From Candidatus Cloacimonadales bacterium (GTDB lineage: Bacteria > Cloacimonadota > Cloacimonadia > Cloacimonadales > JAIOQZ01): a stretch of 64,000 nt of DNA. Made by a program: the position numbers and the translations under genes. Shown in pieces: positions 1-9,388 of this stretch (position 1 is its first letter; every line of letters starts with the position of its first letter). The stretch lies in assembly GCA_963662655.2 (NCBI GenBank), contig CAXXTU010000002.1:2784001-2848000 (forward strand). Direction: 5' to 3'. The notes beneath the pieces are model-generated. The model was not told the DNA's origin and did not search any database. It worked only from the letters and a program-made list of their open reading frames with translations.

Positions 1-638
1 CTGGAAGCAACCGCATCGATCAGGTTGTAAAGGCTCCGCTGCACGTATGGATTGGATGAATCGAGCCAGGACGGGCCGTTGCGGTCGTTCTCCGTCCAGG
101 GAATCCCGGGCTCGAGCTGCGGACGGAGTGTGCTGTCCCTTCTTGCCAGATGCTGATCGTGGAACATCACAACGCGAGCCGTCGCGAACATCCCATACGA
201 GTGGATTTTCTCCACCACGGCGGGGATATGGATGTCCTTAACATACTTGTGCGGAAGGTAAAAACGGTCATCGGGCAGCGGAACGAATACCTTCCCCTCC
301 ATGTTCTTCACATCGAAAACCACCGAATTGATTCCCGCGCTGTCTGCGGCGGCAAGGATGGTGTCGAAGCGGGAACTGAAAACGGTGTACGCGTTAAGGT
401 AGATGCCTTCCACAAACTCGGGGTCGCTCCAGGTCCGGTGTTTCTTCGCAGGAAGCGAAGAGGCGGTTACGTCGGGAACGTCGATAATCTCTGGTTTCGC
501 GATTCCCGGAATCGAATCGGCGATCGCTGTGGTGGACGTATCGGGTTGTGCGTGTTGAGCCTGATCGGCTCTCTCGACGTTGTTCCGGCACGCTGCCAGC
601 GCGAAAAGCGCGAGAAGCAAGATAATGAGTCTATTCAA
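1..638 (-). CDS. Lipoprotein, putative glycoside hydrolase (DUF4015-like), 3' end outside the window
   Basis: Not in the ORF track. Manual translation from TTG at 638 gives MNRLIILLLALFALAAC (lipobox)...VEGIYLNAYTV...GINSVVFDVKNMEG...FATARVVMFHD, motifs typical of DUF4015. Start overlaps the upstream ABC gene stop. Confidence 0.7.
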   Translation of the reverse strand, partial: MNRLIILLLALFALAACRNNVERADQAQHAQPDTSTTAIADSIPGIAKPEIIDVPDVTASSLPAKKHRTWSDPEFVEGIYLNAYTVFSSRFDTILAAADSAGINSVVFDVKNMEGKVFVPLPDDRFYLPHKYVKDIHIPAVVEKIHSYGMFATARVVMFHDQHLARRDSTLRPQLEPGIPWTENDRNGPSWLDSSNPYVQRSLYNLIDAVAS

Positions 639-2760
639 ATTGAAGCCTGTAGAGGTCGTAATATACGCCTTGTTGCGCGATGAGCTGATCATGGGTTCCC
701 TGTTCGACGATTTTACCCTTGTGGAGCACGATGATGCGGTCCACGTGTTTGATGGTGGAAAGCCGGTGCGCGATGATGATGGAGGTGCGTCCCTTCATCA
801 CCACCTTGATCGCTTCCTGAATCATCGTCTCCGTCTCGGTATCGATGTTGGAGGTCGCCTCGTCCAGAATGAATATCGCCGGATCGTACGCCAGCACCCT
901 CGCGAACGCGATCAACTGGCGTTGCCCCACGGAGAAGGTCGAACCGCGCTCGGTGACTTCCTCGTCGTACTGGTCAGGCAGACTTTCGATGAAGGAATCG
1001 ACGTTCACGTATTTTGCCACCTGTTGCAGGGTGCTTTCGTCTATGGTCGTGTCGTTTAAAACAATGTTATCGCGGATGTTACCGGAGAAGAGGAATACGT
1101 CCTGCTGCACGATTCCGATGTTCTTTCGGATATCCTGGAGCCGGTAGTCCTTGAGGTTCTTGCCGTCGAGCAGGATATCTCCCTTCTGGAAATGGTACAT
1201 GTCCGTGAGGAGATTCACGATGGATGTCTTTCCCGAGCCGGTGTGTCCCACCAGCGCGACGCTTTCTCCCGGCGCGATGGAGAGGTCGATTCCCTTCAGG
1301 GCGTATTCGTCGTTGTTCAGATAGCTGAGCCACACATCCCTGAACTCGATGCTGCCGGAGACCACGACCGATTCGTCGTGGTCTTCACGATAATCCTTGG
1401 TGGGCTCGTCCATGAGCGTGAAGACTCTCTCGGCGCCGGACATCGCCGCCTGCAATACGTTGAACTTCTCGCTGATGTGGTGAATCGGGTCGAAGAAGCG
1501 ATCCATGTATTGAAGGAAAGCGATCAACAGCCCGATGGTTATCGCGTGTTTCAGTATCAAACCACCGCCATACCAGAGGAGCACGGCCACCACCACAAAC
1601 CGCATGGTGAAGATCAGTGGGCGGAAAATGGCGAATATCTTCGTCTGGCGAAATCCGGACGTGAAGTGCTGCCTGTTGATATCGGCGAAGTGGTTAACCT
1701 TGCCGGCGTACTGGTTGAAGAGCTGAATGATGCGGAATCCCGAAATGTCCTCGGAAAGGGTGGCGTTCAGCGCGGCCAGCTTCTTTCTCACATCGCGGTA
1801 AACCACGCGCACTTTGTCCTTGAACAGTTTCAGGTGAAGCACCACAAACGGTAGGATGCACAGCGTGACCAGCGCGAACTTGAAATCGAGAATCAGCATA
1901 GCGATGACGATTCCGACGACCATGATGAAGTTCTGAACCAGGTCGATGACACCGGCGCTGAGCATTTCATCCAGCGCGCGGATATCGTTCGTGACGCGCG
2001 TTACGAGCCTGCCCACTGGATTGTGATCGAAGTAGGTGAGCGGCAATTTCTGCAGGTGTCTGAAGGAGTCCTGTCGCAAGTCGTACATCGCGTTCTGCGC
2101 CGCGAAATTCACGAAATACACCTGAAGGTATTGGAAAATGAACCTGAGAATCACCAGCGCCAGGTAGATAACCCCGATGATGATCAGTTGGTGCATCGCA
2201 TCCGAGCGCACGGTAACGATTTCGTCCTTCGTGAGCATCGTTTTCCCGGGCGTAACCGAGAAAACTTCCTGTTTCACCGCGAATTGCGTGTCGGAAATCT
2301 GTCGATAGAGCGAGGGGTCGTTCAGGTTGTTCAGGATGGTGCGAGTCTCGTCGCTTACATCGCAAAGCACGTATTTTCCTTCGAGATAGCTTCCGTTTCC
2401 CTTGAGCTCTTCGAGGTCCTGTTTGAAGATACGATTGAGCTTCTTTATCGGCAGGATCACCGTCCAGGTATCGTTAAATTCGTAAGTCGTCAGCTTCAGC
2501 TTGCCGTATTCGGCGACGAACTTCAGGAATTCCTCCTGATCGTTGAATGTGACCACATTGAGGTCGGAAACGATGTATCGATCGACGGCGATCATGGAGA
2601 GGATGGGCATATAGAGCTGGATCGCGGTAAGGAAAAGCAGGAACAGCATCGAGATGATGACATGCCCCGTATATGGTTTCAGATAGCGGATCAACCTTGC
2701 AAAGAGCTTGCTATCGTAAATTTTCCCACCGATGTCGTCTGTATAGATGTTTCCTTTCAT
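631..2760 (-). CDS. ABC exporter, fused permease/ATP-binding subunit
   Basis: Walker A GHTGSGKT, signature FSVGQRQL, Walker B ILDEATS, N-terminal TMD. ATG 2760 is preceded by GGAGAG. Confidence 0.92.
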   Translation of the reverse strand: MKGNIYTDDIGGKIYDSKLFARLIRYLKPYTGHVIISMLFLLFLTAIQLYMPILSMIAVDRYIVSDLNVVTFNDQEEFLKFVAEYGKLKLTTYEFNDTWTVILPIKKLNRIFKQDLEELKGNGSYLEGKYVLCDVSDETRTILNNLNDPSLYRQISDTQFAVKQEVFSVTPGKTMLTKDEIVTVRSDAMHQLIIIGVIYLALVILRFIFQYLQVYFVNFAAQNAMYDLRQDSFRHLQKLPLTYFDHNPVGRLVTRVTNDIRALDEMLSAGVIDLVQNFIMVVGIVIAMLILDFKFALVTLCILPFVVLHLKLFKDKVRVVYRDVRKKLAALNATLSEDISGFRIIQLFNQYAGKVNHFADINRQHFTSGFRQTKIFAIFRPLIFTMRFVVVAVLLWYGGGLILKHAITIGLLIAFLQYMDRFFDPIHHISEKFNVLQAAMSGAERVFTLMDEPTKDYREDHDESVVVSGSIEFRDVWLSYLNNDEYALKGIDLSIAPGESVALVGHTGSGKTSIVNLLTDMYHFQKGDILLDGKNLKDYRLQDIRKNIGIVQQDVFLFSGNIRDNIVLNDTTIDESTLQQVAKYVNVDSFIESLPDQYDEEVTERGSTFSVGQRQLIAFARVLAYDPAIFILDEATSNIDTETETMIQEAIKVVMKGRTSIIIAHRLSTIKHVDRIIVLHKGKIVEQGTHDQLIAQQGVYYDLYRLQFE

Positions 2761-3021
2761 CTCTCCGCCTGAATTCAATCATTGTAAGACTCTATAATTA
2801 ACGCCTCTGAACCAATTACCCTAAGCCGAAACGCGGGTACAGCGTCAAGCGTTTTCATGCAGAGACTTGCGATGGCTCTTCTTTGTTTTGGAAAAATCAT
2901 TCACTGTATGGAAGGCTGATAGACGCACGATCAAATGGTGCGCGATTTTCTGCTTGACGTTCAACCCGCATGATATTGTCTGATAGTAGAATATAATTCA
3001 TAAGACTGTGGAGGTGTTCAA

Positions 3022-3774
3022 ATGGCAGATGTCATTGATTATAAGATTTACGGAGACGATATGCAGCTCGTGGAAATCGAGCTGGATCCTGGCGAGGGGG
3101 TCCGTGCGGAAGTTGGCGCGATGACTTACATGGAAGACGGGATCCGGATGGATACCGGAACCGGCGGTGGATTGTTCAAGGGTTTCAAGCGCATGTTGAC
3201 GGGCGAGAGCTTCTTCATCACGACGTTCCTGAACGAGGATCGCGTGAAACGCCACGCGGCATTCGGCGCGCCGTTCCCGGGAAAAATCATTCCCCTGGAC
3301 CTGAATCGCTTCAACCGGATGTTCATTTGCCAGAAAAATTCATTCCTCTGCGCCGCCAAAGGAATCGACATCGATATTACCTTTACCAAACGCTTCGGAG
3401 CCGGACTTTTCGGTGGAGAAGGCTTTATTTTGCAGCGCCTATCGGGCGATGGACTGGCTTTTATTCACGCGGGTGGAACCATCGTGGAACGGCGCTTGCA
3501 ACCCGGAGAGAAGCTGCGGATCGATACCGGCTGCCTGGTCGGCATGGAAGAGAGCGTCCATTACGATATCGAATTCGTCGGCGGAGTCAAGAACGTGCTG
3601 TTTGGCGGTGAAGGGCTCTTCCTGGCGACGCTCAAGGGACCGGGCGTGGTTTACATGCAAAGCCTGCCGTTCTCTCGTCTCGCCGATCGGATCATTTCCA
3701 CGGCGCGTTTCAGGAATCAGGGAGAACAAAAGGGCCTGGGCGGTTTGCTGGGCGACCTGATCAGCGGTGATTGA
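3022..3774 (+). CDS. TIGR00266 / AIM24 family protein
   Basis: EIELDPGEGVRAEVGAM, GESFFIT, FGGEGFILQRL and QSLPFSRLA motifs; GGAGG RBS. Confidence 0.9.
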   Translation: MADVIDYKIYGDDMQLVEIELDPGEGVRAEVGAMTYMEDGIRMDTGTGGGLFKGFKRMLTGESFFITTFLNEDRVKRHAAFGAPFPGKIIPLDLNRFNRMFICQKNSFLCAAKGIDIDITFTKRFGAGLFGGEGFILQRLSGDGLAFIHAGGTIVERRLQPGEKLRIDTGCLVGMEESVHYDIEFVGGVKNVLFGGEGLFLATLKGPGVVYMQSLPFSRLADRIISTARFRNQGEQKGLGGLLGDLISGD

Positions 3775-3794
3775 TTTGAATAAAGGAGATATTA

Positions 3795-5690
3795 ATGAAT
3801 CGTGAATTTACCCCGTTAACCGACAACGATGTTAGCAGATTGCAGGAGCAGGCTCGAACTGCCCGAACAGCGATACTTACCATGACAACCCTTGCCGCGT
3901 CGGGACACCCTGGCGGATCGATGTCGTCCATCGATTTCCTGCTGGGATTGTACAACCGCGCGAATGTCGATCCTAAGAATCCCCGCATGAAAGATCGCGA
4001 TCGCATCGTCGTCAGCAACGGACACATCTCGCCAGCGGTTTACTCGACGCTGGCGCTGAACGGATTTTTCGATCTCGACGCCGCCGTAACCGAATTCAGG
4101 CTCGCCGGAAGCATGTTCGAAGGCCATGTCGAACCGATCGTTCCCGGCATCGAGTGGGGAACGGGCAATCTTGGCCAGGGACTCTCAGCCGGTGTTGGAT
4201 TCGCCCTTGTGTCGAGGCTCAATGGAATCGACAACCATGTGTTTGTCCTCATGGGCGACGGCGAACAACAGAAGGGGCAGATCGCGGAAGCGAGACGTTT
4301 CGCGGTGAAATACGGCTTGACCAACATCACGGCTTTCATCGATTACAATCAGCTACAGATCGGTGGCGACATCAAGCACGTCATGCCGCAGAATATTCGC
4401 GACGGCTATATCTCCGACGGTTGGGATGTTATCGAGATCGACGGGCACGATTTCAGGGAGATCGATCATGCGCTGGAAGACGCGATGAATCACGATGCTC
4501 CGGTCGTCATCATCGCCAACACAATCATGGGTAAAGGCGTTTCCTTCATGGAAAACCTGGCAAAGTACCATGGTTCGCCCATCAACGCCGAGCAATACGC
4601 GCAAGCCTGCCGGGAGCTTGGAGTGGAAGACCGTTTGGAATATTACGCGGGACGTCGCAAGGAATGCAAACCGACCCACGGAACGATTTCACACACCGAA
4701 GTTACACTGAATGAAGGAACGCCTCGCGTTTACGATAAAAAGACCGACAACCGTAGCGCGTGGGGCAACGCCCTTGCCGATATAGCGAAAGCCAATGGCG
4801 ATAACAACGCGCCGATGGCCGTGTTCGATTGCGACTTGCAGGGAAGCGTCAAGACGGGCGACTTCGAGAATGCCGCTCCCGGGCGTTTCTTCCAGGGCGG
4901 AATTATGGAGCACAACACCGCGACCATCGCCGGCGCTGCTTCCACCTGCGGAATTCAGGCGTATTTCTCCGATTTCGGCGTGTTCGGTGTGGACGAGACC
5001 TACAATCAGCATCGCCTCAACGACATCAACGAGACCAACCTCAAGCTGGTTACCACACATGTGGGGCTCGATGTGGGCGAAGACGGCAAGACGCACCAGT
5101 GTGTCGATTACCTCGGCGTAATGCGCAACCTCTACCACTTTCCCGTCATCGTTCCGGCCGATCCCAATCAAACGGATCGCGTGATACGCTACATTTCCTC
5201 TCGCTACGGCAATTTCCTGGTGCCGATGGGCCGTAGCAAGCTGGAGCCTGTCCGCGATCGGGATGGAAACGTGTTATTCGGTGAAGACTACAAGTTCGAG
5301 TACGGTAAAGCGGATAAGCTTCGCGACGGATCCCGGGCTGCGATTATGGTGATGGGCACGCCGGCTGACAATGCCGTGAAGGCCGCGGATATGCTTCACG
5401 AGGGCGGAACGGATGTCCAGGTATGGAATATCTCCTGTCCCTGCGACATGGACGAGGAAGCGCTGAAAGAGGCTGCCGGAACGGGTATGCTCTTCACGGT
5501 TGAGGATCACAACGTGCACACGGGGCTGGGCGCGTGCGTGGCCATGAAGCTTGTCGATATGGGCTTGCGTTGCCGGTTGATTCGTATTGGCGTGGAAGAC
5601 TATTGCATCTCCGGCTCCGCTGAGGACGTGTATCGTTATGCCGGCCTGGATGCGCAGACTATTGCGGATAAGATTAAGGATAACCTATAA
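3795..5690 (+). CDS. tkt: Transketolase
   Basis: SGHPGGSMS, SNGH, LGQGLS, TPP-binding GDGEQQKG...N and GEDGKTHQ motifs. Confidence 0.92.
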   Translation: MNREFTPLTDNDVSRLQEQARTARTAILTMTTLAASGHPGGSMSSIDFLLGLYNRANVDPKNPRMKDRDRIVVSNGHISPAVYSTLALNGFFDLDAAVTEFRLAGSMFEGHVEPIVPGIEWGTGNLGQGLSAGVGFALVSRLNGIDNHVFVLMGDGEQQKGQIAEARRFAVKYGLTNITAFIDYNQLQIGGDIKHVMPQNIRDGYISDGWDVIEIDGHDFREIDHALEDAMNHDAPVVIIANTIMGKGVSFMENLAKYHGSPINAEQYAQACRELGVEDRLEYYAGRRKECKPTHGTISHTEVTLNEGTPRVYDKKTDNRSAWGNALADIAKANGDNNAPMAVFDCDLQGSVKTGDFENAAPGRFFQGGIMEHNTATIAGAASTCGIQAYFSDFGVFGVDETYNQHRLNDINETNLKLVTTHVGLDVGEDGKTHQCVDYLGVMRNLYHFPVIVPADPNQTDRVIRYISSRYGNFLVPMGRSKLEPVRDRDGNVLFGEDYKFEYGKADKLRDGSRAAIMVMGTPADNAVKAADMLHEGGTDVQVWNISCPCDMDEEALKEAAGTGMLFTVEDHNVHTGLGACVAMKLVDMGLRCRLIRIGVEDYCISGSAEDVYRYAGLDAQTIADKIKDNL

Positions 5691-5713
5691 AATAACATGG
5701 TAAGGGGTGCTGC

Positions 5714-6025
5714 ATGAAAAGACAATGGTTGATTCTTGTTCTCCTTGGGTTGTTGATTACCAGCTTGGTTCTCGGTGGATGCGAGAAGAAGAAAGAGAGT
5801 AAGCTGGATCAATTGAAGAAGAGCGGCGAAAAGCTTCTCGACGATGCCAAAGAAGCTGGAAAAGAGCTTGTGGACGATGCGAAGGAAGCTGGCGACGATA
5901 TCGTAGAGGAAGGTAAGAAGGCTCTGGATGAAGCCGAAAAGACCGGTAAGAAAGCTTTTGAAAACGCCAAAGACCAAACCGGCAAGATCGTTGATAAAGC
6001 AAAGGATCTTGTCGATAAAGATTGA
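5714..6025 (+). CDS. Small lipoprotein with K/E/D-rich helical repeats (YtxH/LEA-like)
   Basis: Lipobox LVLGGC followed by DDAKEAG-type 11-mer repeats. Confidence 0.7.
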   Translation: MKRQWLILVLLGLLITSLVLGGCEKKKESKLDQLKKSGEKLLDDAKEAGKELVDDAKEAGDDIVEEGKKALDEAEKTGKKAFENAKDQTGKIVDKAKDLVDKD

Positions 6026-6048
6026 TCGTTCCATACAGGGGTGAATTG

Positions 6049-6807
6049 ATGAACGATAAACTTTTCGAGAGGATTCGAGATTGCCGGACGCTTCTGATCC
6101 GGGTGGTACGGCTACGGAGCGTGATACGGGGTCAATTGTTCCATAGCTCGGGCAAAATCCATAACGGTTACAGCTCCGGAAAGCGGAATTCGACGCCTCA
6201 GACATTCCAGAGGAATCTGACGATACTGCGCCGGTGTCTGTATCGGGAAAAGCAACTGATGGCGGTTGTCGAAAGGAGCTTTCCCGGTGCAATGAGCGAT
6301 TTGGCGCAATGTGTTTGTGAAGCGGATATGGAGAATATCCCCGTAAAGGAGAAACAGGCGAACCGTAGGCTTCTGAGGGCATTCAGGCTCTTGTGGAACA
6401 GCACGGATTTCATCTACAAGCGGATGCTCTTGCAGGAAGAATTCGTGGAGAAAGAGGATTTCGATTCATTCTACAGGTTTCTCAGGTACTTGAATAAACG
6501 CTCGCGGCTCGATTCGAAGATTATGGAGCTTGTCGTGTACCGGAGCGGTTGGGAAGTTTTCAAGGAGAAAACAGGTTACCTCAAGAGAAAGAATATCATC
6601 AATATGGGATGGGCAAGCTTGCTGTGGATCATTATCAGCTTCACCGTTGGGGATAATCTTCCGTTTACTTTACCGATGAAAATTCTGTGTCAGATCATGA
6701 TGTTTCTCGTGATTTTTGTTGTGAGTTCCCATACGTATGTTCATATCATATCGAGGGAAAAGTACGATTACTATAATCGGAAGCGATTTGAAAAATTGCT
6801 CTATTAG
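6049..6807 (+). CDS. Hypothetical protein with two C-terminal TM helices
   Basis: Long ORF in operon context; hydrophobic segments WASLLWIIISFTVG and ILCQIMMFLVIFVV. Start uncertain (6022 or 6049). Confidence 0.6.
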   Translation: MNDKLFERIRDCRTLLIRVVRLRSVIRGQLFHSSGKIHNGYSSGKRNSTPQTFQRNLTILRRCLYREKQLMAVVERSFPGAMSDLAQCVCEADMENIPVKEKQANRRLLRAFRLLWNSTDFIYKRMLLQEEFVEKEDFDSFYRFLRYLNKRSRLDSKIMELVVYRSGWEVFKEKTGYLKRKNIINMGWASLLWIIISFTVGDNLPFTLPMKILCQIMMFLVIFVVSSHTYVHIISREKYDYYNRKRFEKLLY

Positions 6808-6819
6808 CGAGGAAAGAGT

Positions 6820-7368
6820 ATGAAGCAGTTATTGATGATCCTGTTGGTGATCCTGTTGCTTGCCGGATGCCAGGGCCGTGAGAAGCTGAAAGAAGAAATC
6901 AAAGAGGAACTGGCCGATGAGCTGAAGGCCGAGCTGGTTGAAACGGTTATTCAAGAGCTTGATAAAACCGGCCGCTTGCTGAATCCCGATGAGTTGATTT
7001 CCGAAGAATCATTCAAGAAGTCGAGAGAGAAAAAAGAGGATTGGGAAATCGATTACAAGACGTTTACCCATAAAAAGTTTGAGAACCTCAATTACGCTCT
7101 ACCCAGCGATCCCGGTCATTATGTGACGATATCGCTCTCATTCACGTATCAGCGTAAGTATCGGAGAGTTTTTGCGGAGATATTGTCGAACAAAGAGAAG
7201 ATATTTGTCGGGATCGAGAAGATTCTATCGAGTATGACATACGATGATTTCTCGGATGCGCAAATCCGCGATGAGCAGTTTCCTGCCCGGATAAGAGATA
7301 TGGTGAATGAAACGATGAGAAAGGGTGAGATTGACAAAGTCGAGATAACATCGCTCATACTGAAATAG
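6820..7368 (+). CDS. FliL-like lipoprotein
   Basis: Lipobox LLAGC; C-terminal NLNYAL..HYVTISLSF...ILSSMTYDDF...IRDMVN...GEIDKVEITSLIL matches the FliL pattern. Confidence 0.6.
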   Translation: MKQLLMILLVILLLAGCQGREKLKEEIKEELADELKAELVETVIQELDKTGRLLNPDELISEESFKKSREKKEDWEIDYKTFTHKKFENLNYALPSDPGHYVTISLSFTYQRKYRRVFAEILSNKEKIFVGIEKILSSMTYDDFSDAQIRDEQFPARIRDMVNETMRKGEIDKVEITSLILK

Positions 7369-7388
7369 GTTACATCCGTTTGCCTGAC

Positions 7389-7513
7389 GGCATGGCATCT
7401 TCGCCCGATCTCCCTTTACAGCGTGAAAGACCACATCATCGGGACTATCGAACGTAAAGATATGATGTGGAAGACCACGCAGTAAAGGGAGATCGAACGA
7501 ATCTGCTCATGCC
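7389..7513 (+). repeat. Structured long-hairpin repeat, copy A
   Basis: GGCATGGCATCTTCGCCCGATC ... GATCGAACGAATCTGCTCATGCC arms enclosing a further stem; related to 9282, 57251 and 58379. Confidence 0.9.
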
Positions 7514-7623
7514 TTTATCATTATCTATCGGACCGTCATTGATCTTCAATTGACCGGAGGCAATGTAAAAAATGCTTTACTCTGGAAAAATGGGGGTTAT
7601 ATTGTGACGCGGAGGTACCGAGG

Positions 7624-9276
7624 ATGAAAAGCAGGATTGCCTTATTCTTAATGATTGTTTTCATGTCGGTTATGTTATTCTCTGAGCCTGTGGATTCACT
7701 GGCGGCTTTGGGTAAATCGACGCCGGTGGTTGCACTTGTGGACAGCAGTGCGTTTGTCACAAGCAAAGATACGCTTTTCTGGCTGTACGGACCGGTGGGG
7801 TCGTTCACTTCAGCGGATCGTGTGAAGCAACTGGACAAGATGCTGAACAAGGAAATCCGCTGGAAGAAAAAGCCATTCATCAATTTGCAGACGATCGAGA
7901 AAGGCGACCGGCTTTATGTTGCGGACAGTACAAAGCTGCTGATTACGGTCACAAACACCGATGCCATATACAGCAGGATGGATCGCCATGAGCTGGCGGA
8001 CACGCTGATCAACATCCTGACCAGGAAGAACGAGGAATACCTGGGGCATTCGCGGATATACAGGATTGTAAAGGATATCCTGATTATCGTAGGTTTGTCG
8101 TTGCTCCTTGTTGTTTCGTTCTGGTGGATCATCAAGATGCTGCGGTTCGTTTTCCGCAAGATCAGGCTATTCCTGCAGCGTGAAAGCAACCGGTTCATCC
8201 GCAGTATTCGCTTGAAGAACATCGAGATACTCTCGGCAGAGCGCATGCGTCTTCTGATGCTCTACACCTTGAAGCTGATCAGTATTGTCGTTTACTTTGT
8301 GGTCAGTTATACATTTTTGACGACTTTCATCGCCCTTTTCCCGGGCACAAAGCCGATTACAGACAAGCTTTACTCCTTCATCCTGACTCCCCTGAAGATG
8401 ATCTGGGTGTCCTTCATCACGTTCATTCCCAACCTTTTCTTCATCCTGGTCATTCTGGCCGTGTTCCACTATTTGATGCGTCTCCTCAAGGTCCTTTCGA
8501 AGGAGATCGAGGCGGGAAACCTTAAGATACCCGGATTTTATCCGGACTGGGCAAGACAGACGTACCTTATTGTCCGCTTTCTCGGACTCGCGTTTGTCAT
8601 CGTAGTGATCTTCCCGTATCTTCCCGGGTCCAATTCACCGGCGTTCAAAGGGGTCTCCATTTTCCTGGGTATCTTGTTCTCACTAGGATCGTCGACGGCG
8701 ATTACCAATATGGTCGCGGGGCTTGTGATAACGTACATGCGGCCCTTTTCCGTGGGAGACTGGGTGAAGATCGGCTCCACGATGGGCATTGTCACGGAGA
8801 AGAATGTTCTCACCACAAGGCTGCGTACCCCGAAGAACGAAGAGATTTCCATCCCCAATTCGACGATCCTCACCAACCAGGTTCAGAACTACTCGTCTCT
8901 CAATTCAGAGATGGGATTGATCCTCTATACGACGATCACGATCGGATACGATGTCCCCTGGCGCAAGGTTCATCAACTGATGATCGATGCGGCGAAGAAG
9001 ACCGAGGGCGTCTCGAAGAAGAAGGAGCCGTTCGTTTTACAGAAGAGTCTGGACGATTTCTATATCAGCTACGAGCTCAACGCGTACGTCACCTCCCCGG
9101 GGAAGATGGCGGTTACCTACTCGAAGCTGCATCAGAATATTCAGGATTGCTTCAACGCCGAGGGCGTGGAGATCATGTCGCCGCACTATCGAGCCAATCG
9201 AAGTGGCGAGGCATCAACGGTGGTTCCGCCGGAAGCCGCGCAAGTGAAGATTCTGCCCGACAAAGTGGGCGAATAG
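7624..9276 (+). CDS. Small-conductance mechanosensitive channel (MscS family) with N-terminal extracytoplasmic domain
   Basis: NMVAGLVITYMRPFSVGDWVKIG, IPNS, IGYDVPW and FNAEGVEIMSPH motifs. Confidence 0.9.
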   Translation: MKSRIALFLMIVFMSVMLFSEPVDSLAALGKSTPVVALVDSSAFVTSKDTLFWLYGPVGSFTSADRVKQLDKMLNKEIRWKKKPFINLQTIEKGDRLYVADSTKLLITVTNTDAIYSRMDRHELADTLINILTRKNEEYLGHSRIYRIVKDILIIVGLSLLLVVSFWWIIKMLRFVFRKIRLFLQRESNRFIRSIRLKNIEILSAERMRLLMLYTLKLISIVVYFVVSYTFLTTFIALFPGTKPITDKLYSFILTPLKMIWVSFITFIPNLFFILVILAVFHYLMRLLKVLSKEIEAGNLKIPGFYPDWARQTYLIVRFLGLAFVIVVIFPYLPGSNSPAFKGVSIFLGILFSLGSSTAITNMVAGLVITYMRPFSVGDWVKIGSTMGIVTEKNVLTTRLRTPKNEEISIPNSTILTNQVQNYSSLNSEMGLILYTTITIGYDVPWRKVHQLMIDAAKKTEGVSKKKEPFVLQKSLDDFYISYELNAYVTSPGKMAVTYSKLHQNIQDCFNAEGVEIMSPHYRANRSGEASTVVPPEAAQVKILPDKVGE

Positions 9277-9281
9277 CCGTT

Positions 9282-9384
9282 GTCGCGTCATCTTGCCCCG
9301 ATCATGCCTTCATCGTGGATATAACACGCCTTTGGGCGTGTAACACCACGTCTCCGGCAATGATCGAACCAACCTGTTCACGAC
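9282..9384 (+). repeat. Structured long-hairpin repeat, copy D (shorter, more diverged)
   Basis: GTCGCGTCATCTTGCCCCGATC...CGTGG ATATA ACACGCC TTTG GGCGTGT AACA CCACG...GATCGAACCAACCTGTTCACGAC; fills the gap between two convergent genes. Confidence 0.82.
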
Positions 9385-9388
9385 ACCG

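Noticed and set aside
7389..9384. Hairpin repeats as canonical integron attC sites
   Set aside because: No RYYYAAC / GTTRRRY core sites at the ends and no integron integrase in the window. Only the structural logic is similar.
9282..9384. Claim that the repeats are always co-oriented with transcription
   Set aside because: B and D lie between convergent genes and C between divergent genes, so only A is informative.
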